A stretch of 62,943 nucleotides of DNA, the filler included, from Hausera hauseri (Eukaryota), in the NCBI GenBank assembly GCA_046269625.1. It is 11 parts of 11 records of this genome, joined end to end, with 100 filler letters (N's around TTAATTAATTAA, not from the genome) between each part and the next. Parts side by side here need not be neighbours in the genome. Positions count along the whole stretch, not along the records: positions 49,113 to 53,768 come from JBJURY010487798.1; positions 53,869 to 58,048 come from JBJURY010716436.1; positions 58,149 to 62,943 come from JBJURY010433805.1; 8 more parts are not named here. The stretch is one strand, 5' to 3'. Position numbers and translations under genes: made by a program. The notes under the pieces were generated by a model. The model was given only the letters and a program-made list of their open reading frames with translations. It did not search any database and was not told the DNA's origin. How positions within the stretch are numbered: the stretch's first letter is position 1; every line of letters begins with the position of its first letter. Positions 49,937 through 62,623 of this stretch are shown one piece after another.

Positions 49937-52516
49937 CGAACGTTCCGCAGCCGCCAATCTATCGCCATCAGGGTCATTGGCAACGACAACTGAGATATTA
50001 TTCTTGTCTGCTGTTTTGATGGAGAGATTTAATGCACCTTTTTCTTCGGGATTTGGGAATGTAACTGTTGGGAAATCAGGATCCCGTTCTTCCTGAAGAT
50101 TTTAAACGGTATTGCGTGTGGATCAAATGCAGAAAATTATAAAAAAAAAACAATAATCAATGACTTCAAAATCAATGGATAATTAAATCTGCGTGTAGTT
50201 GGATTACGGATTAAGTTTACAGATTAATATTTTAGACAATGTATCAAACTATCAGGTTATTGACATTAACCAACAAGAGACTGTGTAAACGGCAACATCA
50301 ATTGTCCAAATGTCCATATGTATTAATAAATGTTTAAAAATTCTAGTTTAAGTTTAAATATAAACAATAAGTCACTTAAAAATTGGTTATAGTTATAAAA
50401 AAACCGCCTTTTTAAAAATTGAATAGATTTGCTTTAATCAGTTTTGAGGACATATTATTTTGACAAAAAGCTTATCTTGCAACGAAATTTAGGCTTATTG
50501 CTTCGTTGTATTTATCGTTTTTCTTGGTCCTCTTTAAAATGGTACATTTGAAACTTCTTCATTCCCGTTATTTTGCGGTTTCGCAGAGAGCCTACTAATA
50601 ATTGTAATTGTGGACAAGGGAACCCAGGGCGAATGAAAAAAAATTGTAGAGCTAATATAGTATTCCTGGACCCGGTGCATTCAATCGGAGCTCCCTGAGG
50701 TCGATGTTAAAAATTATGGACCTTGTATAGTATCCTCCGGACATGGTGTATTCAGTTGGAGCCGCTTCGGGTCAATGTCACTAATTTTGGGGACCTTATA
50801 TAGTATCCCCCGGACATGGTGCATTCAGTTGAAGCCCCTTCGAGTCAATGTCACTAATTTTGGGGACCTTATATAGTATCCCCCGGATATGGTGCATTCA
50901 GTTAAAGCCGCTTCGGGTCAATGTCACTAATTTTGGGGACCTTATATAGTATCCCCCGAACATGGTGCAATCTATCGTGGAACCCCAGGGTTAATGTCAC
51001 TAACTTTATGGATCTTATACAGTACGCCCCGAACCCATGTTTTCGGGTTCATCGACGTCGATTTGTACACATATGAGGTCATTAGTAAGCATTGGGCGGC
51101 TAATTCTTGCTCCATATGCTTGAAATTCAAAATTATAATATGTTGGTGTAACATACTTTCATGCATAATAAGCATGACGATCATAATGGAAATCATTAAA
51201 GGTACTCCATTTGTCTTAAACTGAAACCTACATTGTAGAAAAACTCGGCATTCCGTTGTATTTATGAGAACTTTGCCATTGTTCGTTCAATATATACATC
51301 AAATTCTAATTCATGACAGCCCGATACGAAATAATATTCCAATGATTATGTCGAGTTATTATGCAATACCAAACAACCGCCAACACACGCACACTTACCT
51401 GCTCCTTCACCGACACCATATTGCTAAATCCGAATGTACTCAAAATCTTCTTAGCATACGAATAACCAACACCATGCATTGCCGAATAAACAAACTGGAA
51501 TTTTTCTGTGTCCTTATTCGATCTGACAGACAAATTTAATACACTCCCAAGACCATTAAACACAAACATATTCCGACTCAACGATTGCAGCTGCTTGGAA
51601 TAGTAATTCTCCTGAATCTCATCCAATGGATCGTTGACATGGTGTTCAACATCATCGTAATCCCATGAATTATCCAATGGCTGTAGATTCTTCATGATGT
51701 TCTGTGATATTTCGACATCCAGCGGACTGACGATTTGACAACCGTTCTCCCAATACACCTATTCCATAATTTCAATCAATTTCCATTCGACAATCAACAG
51801 ACTAACTTTGTATCCGTTATCGTCTTTCGGATTGTGAGAGGCGGTTATCATTACTCCGCATAACGTATGGAAATGTCTCACACCGAACGCAACGAACGGA
51901 GTTGGAACTGTATCGGAATACAGATAAACTGGCATTCCAGCACGATGACAAATATTGGCGACAATTTTTGCCCATCTGAAACATTTACAGTAATTACTGT
52001 ATGACAATAATTCCAATTAACCAACTTCAAACTATTTCGTCGCGCGTCGTAGCCAATAATTATTCCTTTTTTCCAATCGTACGCTTTGCAAGTGGCCAGT
52101 AAACCCTAGCTATTCGATTAACCGAGTAAAATGAAACAGAAACAACTTGTGTTGTTTGAATTATTGTCAAGTCATTCATTTTGGAATATCCAGCCCCCAT
52201 GGATGAACGAAGTCCTAAAAGAATCGTGATCAATAATTTGTAAAGACATTCTCCACAACATTCATTTTTTACTTCCAAATAAATGTCGAAAATGTAGATA
52301 AAAAAACCAAACTTACCTGCGGTTCCGAATTTCAACCGGTCCAATAATCTTTTCCGTAGTTCCTGGGGTTGATCGATCAATTGTTCGATTTCCAGTCTTG
52401 TTACATCGTTCTGTGAACAAACAAAAATTGAGAAAAAAACGAATTAATCAAATAATTACCTTGTCCCAATTCATCCATTCATCAAATTTTGCTTTTAATT
52501 CGACGTCGTTATTCAT
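49937..52516 (-). CDS. PGM2: Phosphoglucomutase-2/phosphopentomutase, 5' multi-exon part
   Basis: [14 protein letters not shown]...[61 protein letters not shown]; short GT-AG introns. Confidence 0.93.
50645..51040. repeat. 73-bp tandem repeat (about 5.5 copies) in a PGM2 intron
   Basis: GGA(C/T)CTT anchor at 50718, 50791, 50864, 50937, 51010; outer copies degenerate. Confidence 0.9.
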
Positions 52517-52976
52517 GGAATTTTATCAAATGAGAAATGTTGCACATAAAATTTATGTTTTGAAAAATATTCATTTGTATGCATTTAATCGAAAATTGCT
52601 TAGAAAGTTCTTATGTAGATATTAATTTCTCATATTTTGGTAAGTAAGACACGCGCAGAATACCGAAATCGTAAAAAAGAAGTTAATTAATTTGCCTATG
52701 TATAAACAAAACCTTTTTAACGTGAGAAGGGAATTTACATGAGTCATTTATGCGTTAAAATTTTAATATCAATTCTGAAAAGTTTGTGCCATATCAAACT
52801 AAATGCATAAGTGTATTTTGTTACCGTTTTGCAATCGTTGTATATTTATGTAAGCGGTATAAATCTAAAATGGAACAACCCATAATGTTACCAGTTGGTA
52901 GAAATTTGTTAAGTGTTATTAAAAATATTAAAAGAGAAAATCTTAATTATTTTTCTACTGATGTACATAGCATATA

Positions 52977-53768
52977 CTGTGCTAGAAAAATTAATTGAGC
53001 CACAACCATTTTAACGAAAAATAATTAAAACACAAGGGTTTCGAATTAAAGACAAAACCAATTTATTCAAAATTATTAAAACCATTGATACATAGAATAA
53101 TTTGCCATCGTGTTATAGATACCATGGACCATAATTATCAAACCAATCTTCAGCTTGAGGAACTATTCTATCAGTGAAAATGACTTGTCTCCAATGCTGA
53201 AATATTGAATATTCTATGGTCCAATTTTTTTGGTTGTTGATGTGTATTAGAGTTAACAGCTGCTCCATGACAGGACGTCTAACTGGACAGTTATTTTGAG
53301 CAAAACGTTACTTATTATTCTTGTTGTAAGTTAGGAGAGACTTTGAAGATCTGGGATTTATCTAGAAGTAAAATATAGATTCATCTTGCTTTTCCTTGTT
53401 ACCATTATTTTGTCACACCCGCTCAGTTTTCCTTTCAACCACACTTGCCTCTACTATTTAAAACTATTGTGCCTTCATTTTTCAATTTGGCTATTAACCG
53501 TGTTACTGTTGCTTTGGGAATAGACAACCCTCTGGAAATGTCACCTCTAATCAATCAAAATTGATTTAACACTTTGATTTCAGCTTGTTTTTCATTTGAA
53601 GTATTCATTTTTCACAAGCAGAATAAGAATTACAAAAACTACAACATTTGAACACAAGTAATCTACTACTAGCACCAGGATAATGAATATTTAGTACACT
53701 TTACTTCAGTACATTTCAGTGTATTGCAATTTATTAAAAAAATGGTTGTGGTTTAATAAATTTTGTAG
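52977..53768 (-). mobile_element. Internally deleted Tc1-like transposon
   Basis: Inverted ends (CCACAACCATTTT / AAAATGGTTGTGG); minus-strand decayed HTH (ISRGLSIPKATVTR) through WRQVIFTD. Confidence 0.75.
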
Positions 53769-53868
53769 NNNNNNNNNNNNNNNNNNNNNNNNNNNNNNNN
53801 NNNNNNNNNNNNTTAATTAATTAANNNNNNNNNNNNNNNNNNNNNNNNNNNNNNNNNNNNNNNNNNNN

Positions 53869-56436
53869 ACATCCTGCACAGCCTTACCAACACTAACACG
53901 TACTCCACAATTGACTTGCATAAAGCATATCATCAAATTCCTGTTGCACCTGATGATATTCCAAAAACTGCTATCATCACTCCATTTGCCCTCTACGAAT
54001 ATATCTTTATGCTATTTGGTTTACGTAGTGCTTCTCAAACTTTCCAAAAGCACATTGATACCGTACTCTCAGGCCTAGATTTCGCTCATCCATATATTAT
54101 GACATACTAGTTGCCTCTGCGTCTGTCAAACAACATCAAGAACACCTTCGTATTATCTTACAGATTACATCATAGCAATTTGCAAGTCAACTTCGCCAAG
54201 TGTCATTTCTTTCAAAAGCGTGTAAGTTTCCTGGGTCACGTTATCACTCCTGAAGGCCACTCTCCACAACCGGATCGACTACAACAATTAAAGAACATAA
54301 CTCTACCAACAACTACCACGGACATAAGAAGTTTCTTAGGCACATCCCACTTCATCCACAAATACGTGCCTTATTGCTCTGAGCTCACGGCACCTTTCGC
54401 ACATTTATCCTCAGGAAAAAGGCAGTTGATCCACTGGACTCCTGATTTGGTAACCAAGTTTGATCACTTGCTCGAAGGTCTTAAAACCGTAGAAATACTG
54501 GCTTATCCAAAACCCAAGGCAAATTTTATTCTTACAACCGATGCCTCAACCACAGCCACTGGCGCTGTACTACACCAGATCTCTAATGGCGTCGACAAGC
54601 CATTAGAATTTTGTTCTAGGAAACTGACACAACCCGAGAGTCGTTACTCCACGTTTGACCGTGAGTTACTCGCCATAGTTCTGGCAGTAAAACACTTCAA
54701 TCACTTACTTCTCTCTCGTCCATTCGTCATTCAAACTGACCATAAGCCTCTGCTGCACATTATGTCGTTAAAAGAGCCATCACCGAGGCAAGAGAGACAT
54801 ATTTCATACCTTTCTACGCTCAGTTTTGCTTTGGAATATATCTCAGGCACGGATAACTTGGTAGCTGACTTTCTATCGAGGTCGGTTGGATCAATTACAG
54901 TTGAGCCGATTTTCTTATCTAGAGTCTTAAAGGTCAATCAACCATCTGCTGATTTCCTCAGTTCCTTCAAATCCTTCGAGATAATTGATGGAATAGCTTT
55001 TGATACGTCTAACACAGGTAATAAAAAGGTCATTCTAGAATTAGCTTTACAGAAGCCAGCTTTCGTTTATACGCATTCACTACATCATCCAGGTTCGAAA
55101 GTAACCTTTCGCCTGCTTAAACGTCATGTAGTATGGCCATCAATGCGCAAAGATGTACAGGACTGGGTTAAAGAATGCATAGCCTGTCAAAAATACAAAA
55201 TCAACAAACACCTTAAACCACCACTTTACCACTTTCTCTGTACATCACGCTTTCATACAGTTCATCTTGATTTAGTTGGTCCCTTACCTGCCGACAACGC
55301 ATATCAACACATACTTACTACGATGGATCGTACTTCCCGTGGGCCTGAAGCCATTCCTCTTAGTTCGACAAACACTGATTCAGTAGCAGACGCTTTTATT
55401 AAAATCTGGATCAGTCGCTTTGGTTTCCCACGTTACATAATAACGGATCAAGGTCCACAATTTGAGTTTGAGCTTTTCAAATCACTTGTCAAACGCTTGA
55501 GGATATCCCAATTTCGCACAACTCCATATCCTCCTCAAGCAAACGGCCTTCTTGAAAGGTTCCATCGTACGATGAAAGTCTCTCTAAAAATCTTGGCTGA
55601 CACTCATTGCAATTGGACGGCCATTCTACCTTTTGTTCTATTAGGATGGCGCAACACACCTTCGACCACTACCGGTTGTGCTCTTTGGGACTCCAATTTA
55701 AGCCTTATTTGAACTTTCTGATCTCGACGACAATCCTACAGACGAAAACATTCGTGCGGCACAATCTCACTTTGTCAAGGTCAGCTCAGATTCATTCTAC
55801 CGCCTCTTTAATAACAACAAATCCTACATCCCGAAGGATTTATACTCCACCAAGTTTGTGTGTAAAAGATTAATTTCCTTCTGGGTTTAGACCTCAATAT
55901 GTCGGCCCGTACAAACTGCTAAATCTTTCATCTCACACAGCAACAATCTTACGCCAAGAATAACCATACAACGTCCACATTTCAAATCTAAAGCCTGCCT
56001 TTTTCATTGACGACATTCCAGACAACAATTCTACATTCAATTCAAACTCAGCTAGCACTTCCACTGACTTTCTAAACGATTTTGCGCCGGTGCAGCAATC
56101 ACTACTCGATTACACTCAATCATCATCACTTTTTCCATCCGTCTCACTTCACTCTCCGTCATCATGCTCACAACCTTCATCTCCTTTCTTGTTTGACTCA
56201 TCTTCGCCATCATCGCCATCACATATATCACACAACAGCCCAGCGCAAATTTATCGAATAAGATACGTAGAGTGACATTCAATACGTACAGCAGAGAAAA
56301 GTTCTTTAATGGCACAAAACGCCTGACCGGTACTAAAACTGAATAGATACCGAACATTGTTTCTTTGCCACTAATCCATAATATTTTCATCATTCTTGTT
56401 CGCTTTTACATCGTTTCTTTTCTGCCACGGGGGTGA
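53869..56436 (+). mobile_element. Gypsy (CsRn1-like) pol RT-RH-IN and 3' region with PPT; same family as 16394-25932
   Basis: HKAYHQIP..KTAIITPF, LTTDAS, YSTFDRELLA, TDHKPL, HLDLVGP, TDQGPQF, LERFHRT; PPT GCCACGGGGGTGA then TGT at 56437. Confidence 0.93.
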
Positions 56437-58148
56437 TGTAATGCCGAGGCCGTTGGCGCTCTTTTCTTTTCTTCGCCGGGAGGCTCGTCGTCAGTCCTCC
56501 ACGCGTTTCATGTTTATTTGGAGTCGTCTCAATTTGGCAAATACAATGAGCCAATGTTGACGCTTTGCATGTCGCTCAAGTTAATTGGTAATCGTGATCT
56601 TCGTCATTAAGAAATCAGAGAAATGGCACACTAAAATCGCCGGTTCTTGTTTGTAAACTGATGTGACATAATTTTTACTTGGAATAAAATTTAATACTGA
56701 AAATGTGAATCTCAACCTCAATGAGTCAGAAAATTGGACCAAAAATCTATTCGATTTGTGTCGTCAAATTTCAAAGTCTGAGACTCTATGCTGAAGTCAA
56801 GTTTCCGAAATTTAATGTTTACCCTTAGATAAGAATGTTATTTAAGGTCAAACCATTTTACTAACAATCGAATGAACGTAAATTAATATCACGCAACTCT
56901 TTTACAAGTATATTCAAGACATGTTTTGGAAACAATCGAAGTGTTAACTATATTCAATTTATCGAAGATCTCTTGCAAAACAATATCTAAACGTCTGCAT
57001 CTATATTTTTACCCATAAAATCAGAATACACAGAGTATTGTAAAAAAAGAAATCAATAGTGCGTTCCTGTAATGATGGATATTCTTTGATGTTTTCATCA
57101 GATCCTCAACCATACAAACGAAAAAGGGAAGTATATGGTCGAATCGTGGAACAACAAGATTGGTCCAAACGTAATAGACTTGATTGTGAGATGAAAATTT
57201 GTTTGTATTGTTCGGATGGTGTGTGGGGATGGTGAATGTGTTAAACGGAATCCGGTGACATTAATGAATCCGGCTCTTTCATTCACTCAGTTGTCTTTAT
57301 ATCATATAAATACAGCAGTAATTGTAGTTAGATTTACAAGAACTTATATTGCTTTTGCAAAGATATTGATTCATGTCATTCAATAAAGGATATTTTCGAC
57401 TTAAATTTGTATATTGTTCAGAGAAAACTAGTTTATGCGAAAAGGATAGAATTTACTTATTCTTATTTCATAATTAATCCGGGAGAGTTGCAAAAGAATA
57501 GGCATAGGCTAAAGCACGTACAAATTAAACAGAAGTGATTTCCCGTTTAGGCTAGTGTAGTAAATTTCAAATCGTTATTTATATTTAACTAATTGATATT
57601 AAACCATACTCAATCATTAATTATTATTAGAAAGTATTTTCAGTGGAAATACTTTGCTTTAATATTGGATTAATGTTAAATACAAGTTTCCCGAATATAC
57701 GGTCTTTTGATGGACCTAGTAAATGCTCGTGGTGCGATACTTATTTGTAATAAAATGCTTTTGTAGTCATTTTCATTTGTAGCAGAGCAATATGAAATAA
57801 GAAACAAACAAATTTAACAGAGTTACTTAAGAAAAGCCTAACTTTCGGCTAGTAAAACGTTACATTGTTTCTCTAGTAAGCATCTTTATTTAAATAAGTG
57901 TTCTAGAATTTCTATGCTAATATTTTCTTAAATAAACCCAAATTCTCTAAGATTCGCAATTTCTCTGCAATTCATTTTCTGTGCACAAACCAAATGCAGA
58001 TGGATTATGGAAAACATTCTTGTGTAAATAAATTGTAAACACTGTTTCNNNNNNNNNNNNNNNNNNNNNNNNNNNNNNNNNNNNNNNNNNNNTTAATTAA
58101 TTAANNNNNNNNNNNNNNNNNNNNNNNNNNNNNNNNNNNNNNNNNNNN

Positions 58149-58594
58149 AGATCCATACAAAGGACATTTATGAGGACTTTGACCAGTTGGCTCAACACAT
58201 GGATACCTCGGATTATCCGAAGGATCATCCCAACTATTCAATTGCCAATAAGAAAGTCATTGGTAAATTCAAAGACGAGGTTAATGGAGCAATAATATCG
58301 AGATGTGTGGCTCTCAGATCTAAAATGTATGCTCTAGATGTATGTGGCCAGATCGAAAAGAGAGCCAAGGGCGTTCAAAGGGATACATTGGCCACGAAGA
58401 TCAGTTTTCTCCACTATGTGACAGTTCTGCAGGAGCAGACTCACATTATATCGGAAATGAAAAGGATTCAATCTAGGGATCATAACATCCAAACTGTTAC
58501 CTTACAGAAGAAAAGCCTAGATTAGATGGACGACAAAAGGCAGATTCTAAGCGATGGAATTCACACACTATATCATGGACATGTGGCATTGTAA
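58149..58594 (+). pseudogene. pPolB C-terminal portion (family 2-like)
   Basis: MDTSDYPKDHP..NKKVIGKFKDE..LRSKMY..RAKGV..DDKR..HGH; one premature stop. Confidence 0.9.
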
Positions 58595-58609
58595 ATATTG
58601 TTATTCAGA

Positions 58610-58770
58610 GAACAGACTCATATAGTCAGCGAGATGAAGAGGATCCAGTTCCGGGAATATCAGATTGCCAAGATTGCGCTGCGGAAAAAAATACTCGATT
58701 GGTTCGATGACAAAAAGCACATTCTTGAAGACGGAATCCAAACACTACTTCATGGATATGTGGAATTGTA
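58610..58770 (+). pseudogene. Second, diverged copy of the pPolB extreme C-terminus
   Basis: EQTHIVSEMKRIQ...KKILDWFDDKKHILEDGIQTLLHGY*, 177 nt after the first copy. Confidence 0.8.
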
Positions 58771-59579
58771 AATATTATTGTTATTCTTTTGTTTAATAAA
58801 TGTTGCATAGAAATATCGGGTTGTCTTCTTGATCAAGTAATGTGGGATATAGGATAAGGCCAATTGAAACTAAGTAACTACTATATAAGATAAGACCAAC
58901 TAATTTCATAACACATGAATGTATTAAGTAGGAAAAAGTGTGGGCTCCACCGCATTTCTCTCATTAACCAGTCGACCAGTTTTCCCCACCTGATTGGCTA
59001 TTTCGAGCATTTCGAAAATTTTTTCTCGACCCCACGTAGGAAAAAGCTTTGGACATCGGATCTACTTAAAGCAGTACAGCTCGACGAGCTGAGCAAAAGT
59101 TAATAGCGGTGCAGCTTACACAAATATAAGGGAAAGGCGTTGAAGAAGAAGAACCAAAACAGGAAATGCCTACGTGTAACGCACAACATGTTGCTAGCAC
59201 TGAGAAAATGTGTACAAAGGGTAAATCGATGTTGGCGAATGCAACAGACACGATTGCAACTCAATCAGACCATGCGAACATGGGGAAAAATCGATGAGAA
59301 AATTTCAAACGGGGAAAATTTCCCCCTACACAAGTTAAACGGCGGTGGAAATGGGTTCAGCTCATAGCCCATAAGTAGTTTAAGCATTTCATATTATAGC
59401 GGTCTCACGATCAGACGAAAGGATCCGGATGAAAATGGCAACGGAACGAACAAGCGAACCGAAAAAACGCATTGTTAAAAGTCTATGTCAAAATCATAAG
59501 TAGGGTAAAAAAGGGGTTTCTGGACCAAAGGGGGCCAATACACGCACAACTTGACCAATCACAAACGGTTCGCATGCTG

Positions 59580-60250
59580 CTTTGTCAATCCGACAACGGC
59601 GAGTTCAGTGGTGCGGTCGAATTTCCTGTGTCGCGAAGGACAAAGCCGGAAAATGCAAAAGAAAAAAACCAACTTTTTCCAGAAGCAAAATTTGAGCAGG
59701 GATGGATAGGAGAAAGTATAGAGTAGAGTACGGGTGTTCAAATGTTGTAGAAAACATGGGGTTCGCGTGTCTGGGAAAAGCGGGAAAGTCGGCCAAAGAG
59801 AGGAGAAGGTGGTGCCAATGGAAAAGCAGGTGAATTTCAATGGACCCATTGATGTTAGCTCCGGAAAATGAACGGTTTGTGATCAAATCGACAACGGCGA
59901 GTTCACTGATGCAGTCGGTTTTTGCGTGTAGCAAAAGGCAAAGCCGGGAAATGAAAAAGAACAAAACGAACTTTTAGTAGAAGCAAAATTTGAGCAGGTA
60001 TGGATAGGAAAAATGTAGAGTAGAGTATGCACGTTCGAATTATGTAGGAAACATGGGGTTCGCATGTTTAGGACAAGTGGGCAAGTCGGTCAAAGGGGGG
60101 AAAAGGTGGCGGCAATGGAAACGCAGGTGAAGTTCAATGTATCCTTTGATGTTAGCGCCGATAAATGAATGGTTTGTAATCAAATCAACAACGGCGCGTT
60201 TAGTGGTGCGGTCGGTTTTGCGTGTCGCAGAAGACAAAACCGGGATACGA
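59580..60250. repeat. About 298-bp diverged tandem repeat (about 2.2 copies)
   Basis: C(G/A)ACAACGGCG anchors at 59591, 59889 and 60186; units align over their full length. Confidence 0.9.
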
Positions 60251-60318
60251 CGAGTAGACACGTGCAATTGTAAGGCGTGACGTGAAACAAGTGTGCGTTA
60301 CGCACCAGACATGCCTGC

Positions 60319-60498
60319 ATGCAAAATGAAATAATGATTTGTGACGTGTGTGTCTGTGTGCGTGTAGCAAAGGACGTGGAAGTGATGGAAAAATAACACA
60401 TGTAAAACGAAATAGTGAGTTGTGGCGCGTGTGTGTGTGTGTGTGTAGAAAAGGGACGTCAAAGTAATGGCAATAATAAAACATGTGTAATAAAATAC
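60319..60498. repeat. About 81-bp duplicated unit containing (TG)n
   Basis: ATGYAAAAYGAAATA...TGTGTG...GGACGT...ATGG.AA at 60319 and 60400. Confidence 0.7.
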
Positions 60499-60537
60499 TG
60501 TATTTCTCTCAAAATGAACACAAAGTACAATCATTGT

Positions 60538-60915
60538 TCATCCAAGTGTCTGTAACGTTAGCCACAGTAAGCAATAACATCCATACAATACGGTCAGTGG
60601 TTGTTGATAATAAAATCGATTGTATTCAACACGATATAACGATGGTGATTGTTTTTCAATTTGAGAAACTAACGATGACGGGTAGTAAAATCCGAGCGAA
60701 TAGAATACTCTGACGACGTTGGTCGGATGGTGAACGTACACAGCAATCCAATGTTCGCACGGCAACGATGAAGTGTGTGTATTGACAATAAAGCCGCCGC
60801 CGCCAGTTTGTAGTAAATAACGCAGCACACGGTCCAGTGGAAACATGCCGCGGAATTTCACGCCCAAGAGCAGTTTTCTGTAGTGACTAAGCTCGATGGC
60901 GCTAAATATGAATTA
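60538..60915 (-). pseudogene. Adenain-like cysteine protease of a Polinton, catalytic residues apparently lost
   Basis: FRGMFP, IVNT....P.EHWIA, FYSLG (for FDSxG), Q...LYGCYC (for CGxYC). Confidence 0.85.
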
Positions 60916-60982
60916 AGTATAATAGTAATAGTAGTAATAAATTACTTTATAATACGAAGAAGTGAGACAGAGCGGATTTAAT

Positions 60983-62218
60983 TTATAAAATGACGGTTTC
61001 GTTTTTCGTTATTTCAACCTCAGCGTCAAATACACCGTAAATGTAATTCACGATAGACTGCTCCAACGCTTTAGCAAAGTGAACCTCCAGTCGTAGATTT
61101 CCCTGCTTATGTAGTTGAGTCTGTTTAACGTCATAATCAGGAGCCAGGACAAAAGTGAAGAATGGATAGGTGGACTTGAACAAATCTATTCATATGCCAT
61201 TGTTGACATTTTTGTTCATCAAACCTATGTTGCTTGCGATAGATTGCATATATGTGCAAACGTAATCATTAGACTCAAAGTCCTGTTTGTACATTTCAAC
61301 AAAATCCGCATTCCGGTACAAACTGACGTAATTCACATTGCTGTGGGTAAACGTTTCCGAATCGGTCTCATAACTGCCCGTTTGTTGAACAGTCGTTTTA
61401 AATGTAACGAGCACAAATTTCGGCAATTGCATGTCGCCAAACAGTGCATCTTTGTAAAACGTAGATGAACCTTTCGGTATGGTGTAAAAGACGAGTTCTG
61501 TGCGTTGTATTGGGTAACGGGCATTTTGCGTTTCCAAGCCCAATCGATGTCCAATGAGCACAGATAGTTCTACCTTTACACGACATACGTATAATTGCGC
61601 CTCGTTAATTTTTAGTATGGGTTTAAGCTGTGCAACGGCGGTTTTCAAACAAAAGATATTGTCGCTTCGCTCGAGCCGAATCATGGCTTTAACACCGGGT
61701 AGTAGGTATTTCGGCTGATCGAAAAAGTCAAACTACAGCAGTCCACACATGGTTAGCGGTTTTGATTCTGCCACCCATGCCTGACGGTTTGCCGCTGTGG
61801 CATCGTATCCAATGGTTTTGTCCAAATAAGTCGTTTTCGTGTCTGTGCTGTAATTCAGAGCCGTTTTAATGAGTGCTTTCATACTGTATAGACTGGTGTT
61901 TCCTTCGATTTTGACGCTGTTCAGAGTCAATGAAGCCTCCTGGAACAGTGTAAGGAAAAAGTAATTGGTCGGTGTGACAGTGTCTGTTGCAGCGAAAACC
62001 GTTTACGCGTTCTTTTTAACAATGATTTTTACATAGAGTAGCGTATCGTTCAAATCCGGTTATTCATTGTACGATGCCATAATGTTGAATTGAATGTCAA
62101 TATTATCGTCCGTTGAAACCGAATCAATGGGGTAGATTTCTTCAAATGCCGCATTGACAATAATAACTTGTGGCGCCGCTTTGTCAAATATACACAATTC
62201 CGATTTTGCAGATGCCAT
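60983..62218 (-). pseudogene. Polinton major capsid (hexon-like double jelly-roll) protein, disrupted
   Basis: KSELCIF...PQ, DLNDTLLYVK, FFDQPKYLLPGV, ARYPIQR, LPKFVLV, GNLRLEVHFAKAL. Confidence 0.88.
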
Positions 62219-62241
62219 TTGTCTGTCTGTCTATCAATCAA

Positions 62242-62601
62242 TCAATAGAAAATCGTACGAAGACGACGTTTGTTTATAGCTGTTGATACTCTACGTTTTC
62301 GTTTTTTCATCATCAAGCTACTACCAGCGAATTGTTTTTTGACCGATTCAACGCCTTCCGGTGCAGCACTTTTTATTTCGGACAAGGCGGGTTTCTTCAG
62401 TAATGGTAAAATCGATTTGTTTTCATATAGTACGTCCTGTACTATTTTTGCTGCCACGGCACCGATACGCTTCAACACCGGAAATATTAAACGTGCCAAT
62501 GTACGCAACCATCCAGAGCCATACTGTTTACCAACGAAATATGGCAGTTCATTGCCCTGCTGCGGTTTACTGTAAATAGAAACGATTTCAGAATCAATCA
62601 T
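62242..62601 (-). CDS. Small Polinton structural protein with a QxGxG + amphipathic helix and basic tail
   Basis: LPYFVGKQYGSGWLRTLARLIFPVLKRIG...DVL, KKRKRR; lies between the penton and MCP genes. Confidence 0.7.
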   Translation of the reverse strand: MIDSEIVSIYSKPQQGNELPYFVGKQYGSGWLRTLARLIFPVLKRIGAVAAKIVQDVLYENKSILPLLKKPALSEIKSAAPEGVESVKKQFAGSSLMMKKRKRRVSTAINKRRLRTIFY

Positions 62602-62623
62602 CTTGTTGGTGTTTTTGTTGTTG

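Noticed and set aside
50645-51040. 73-bp period as repeat-spacer array
   Set aside because: The entire unit is repeated; there is no variable spacer
56700-58048. AT-rich stretch searched for genes or RNAs
   Set aside because: No recognisable motif, repeat or credible ORF
59591-60250. Repeat units as protein-coding with TGA recoding (TGG/TGC vs TGA in one frame)
   Set aside because: Periods of 298/297 break the frame, amino-acid identity is about what neutral divergence predicts, and TAG stops also occur
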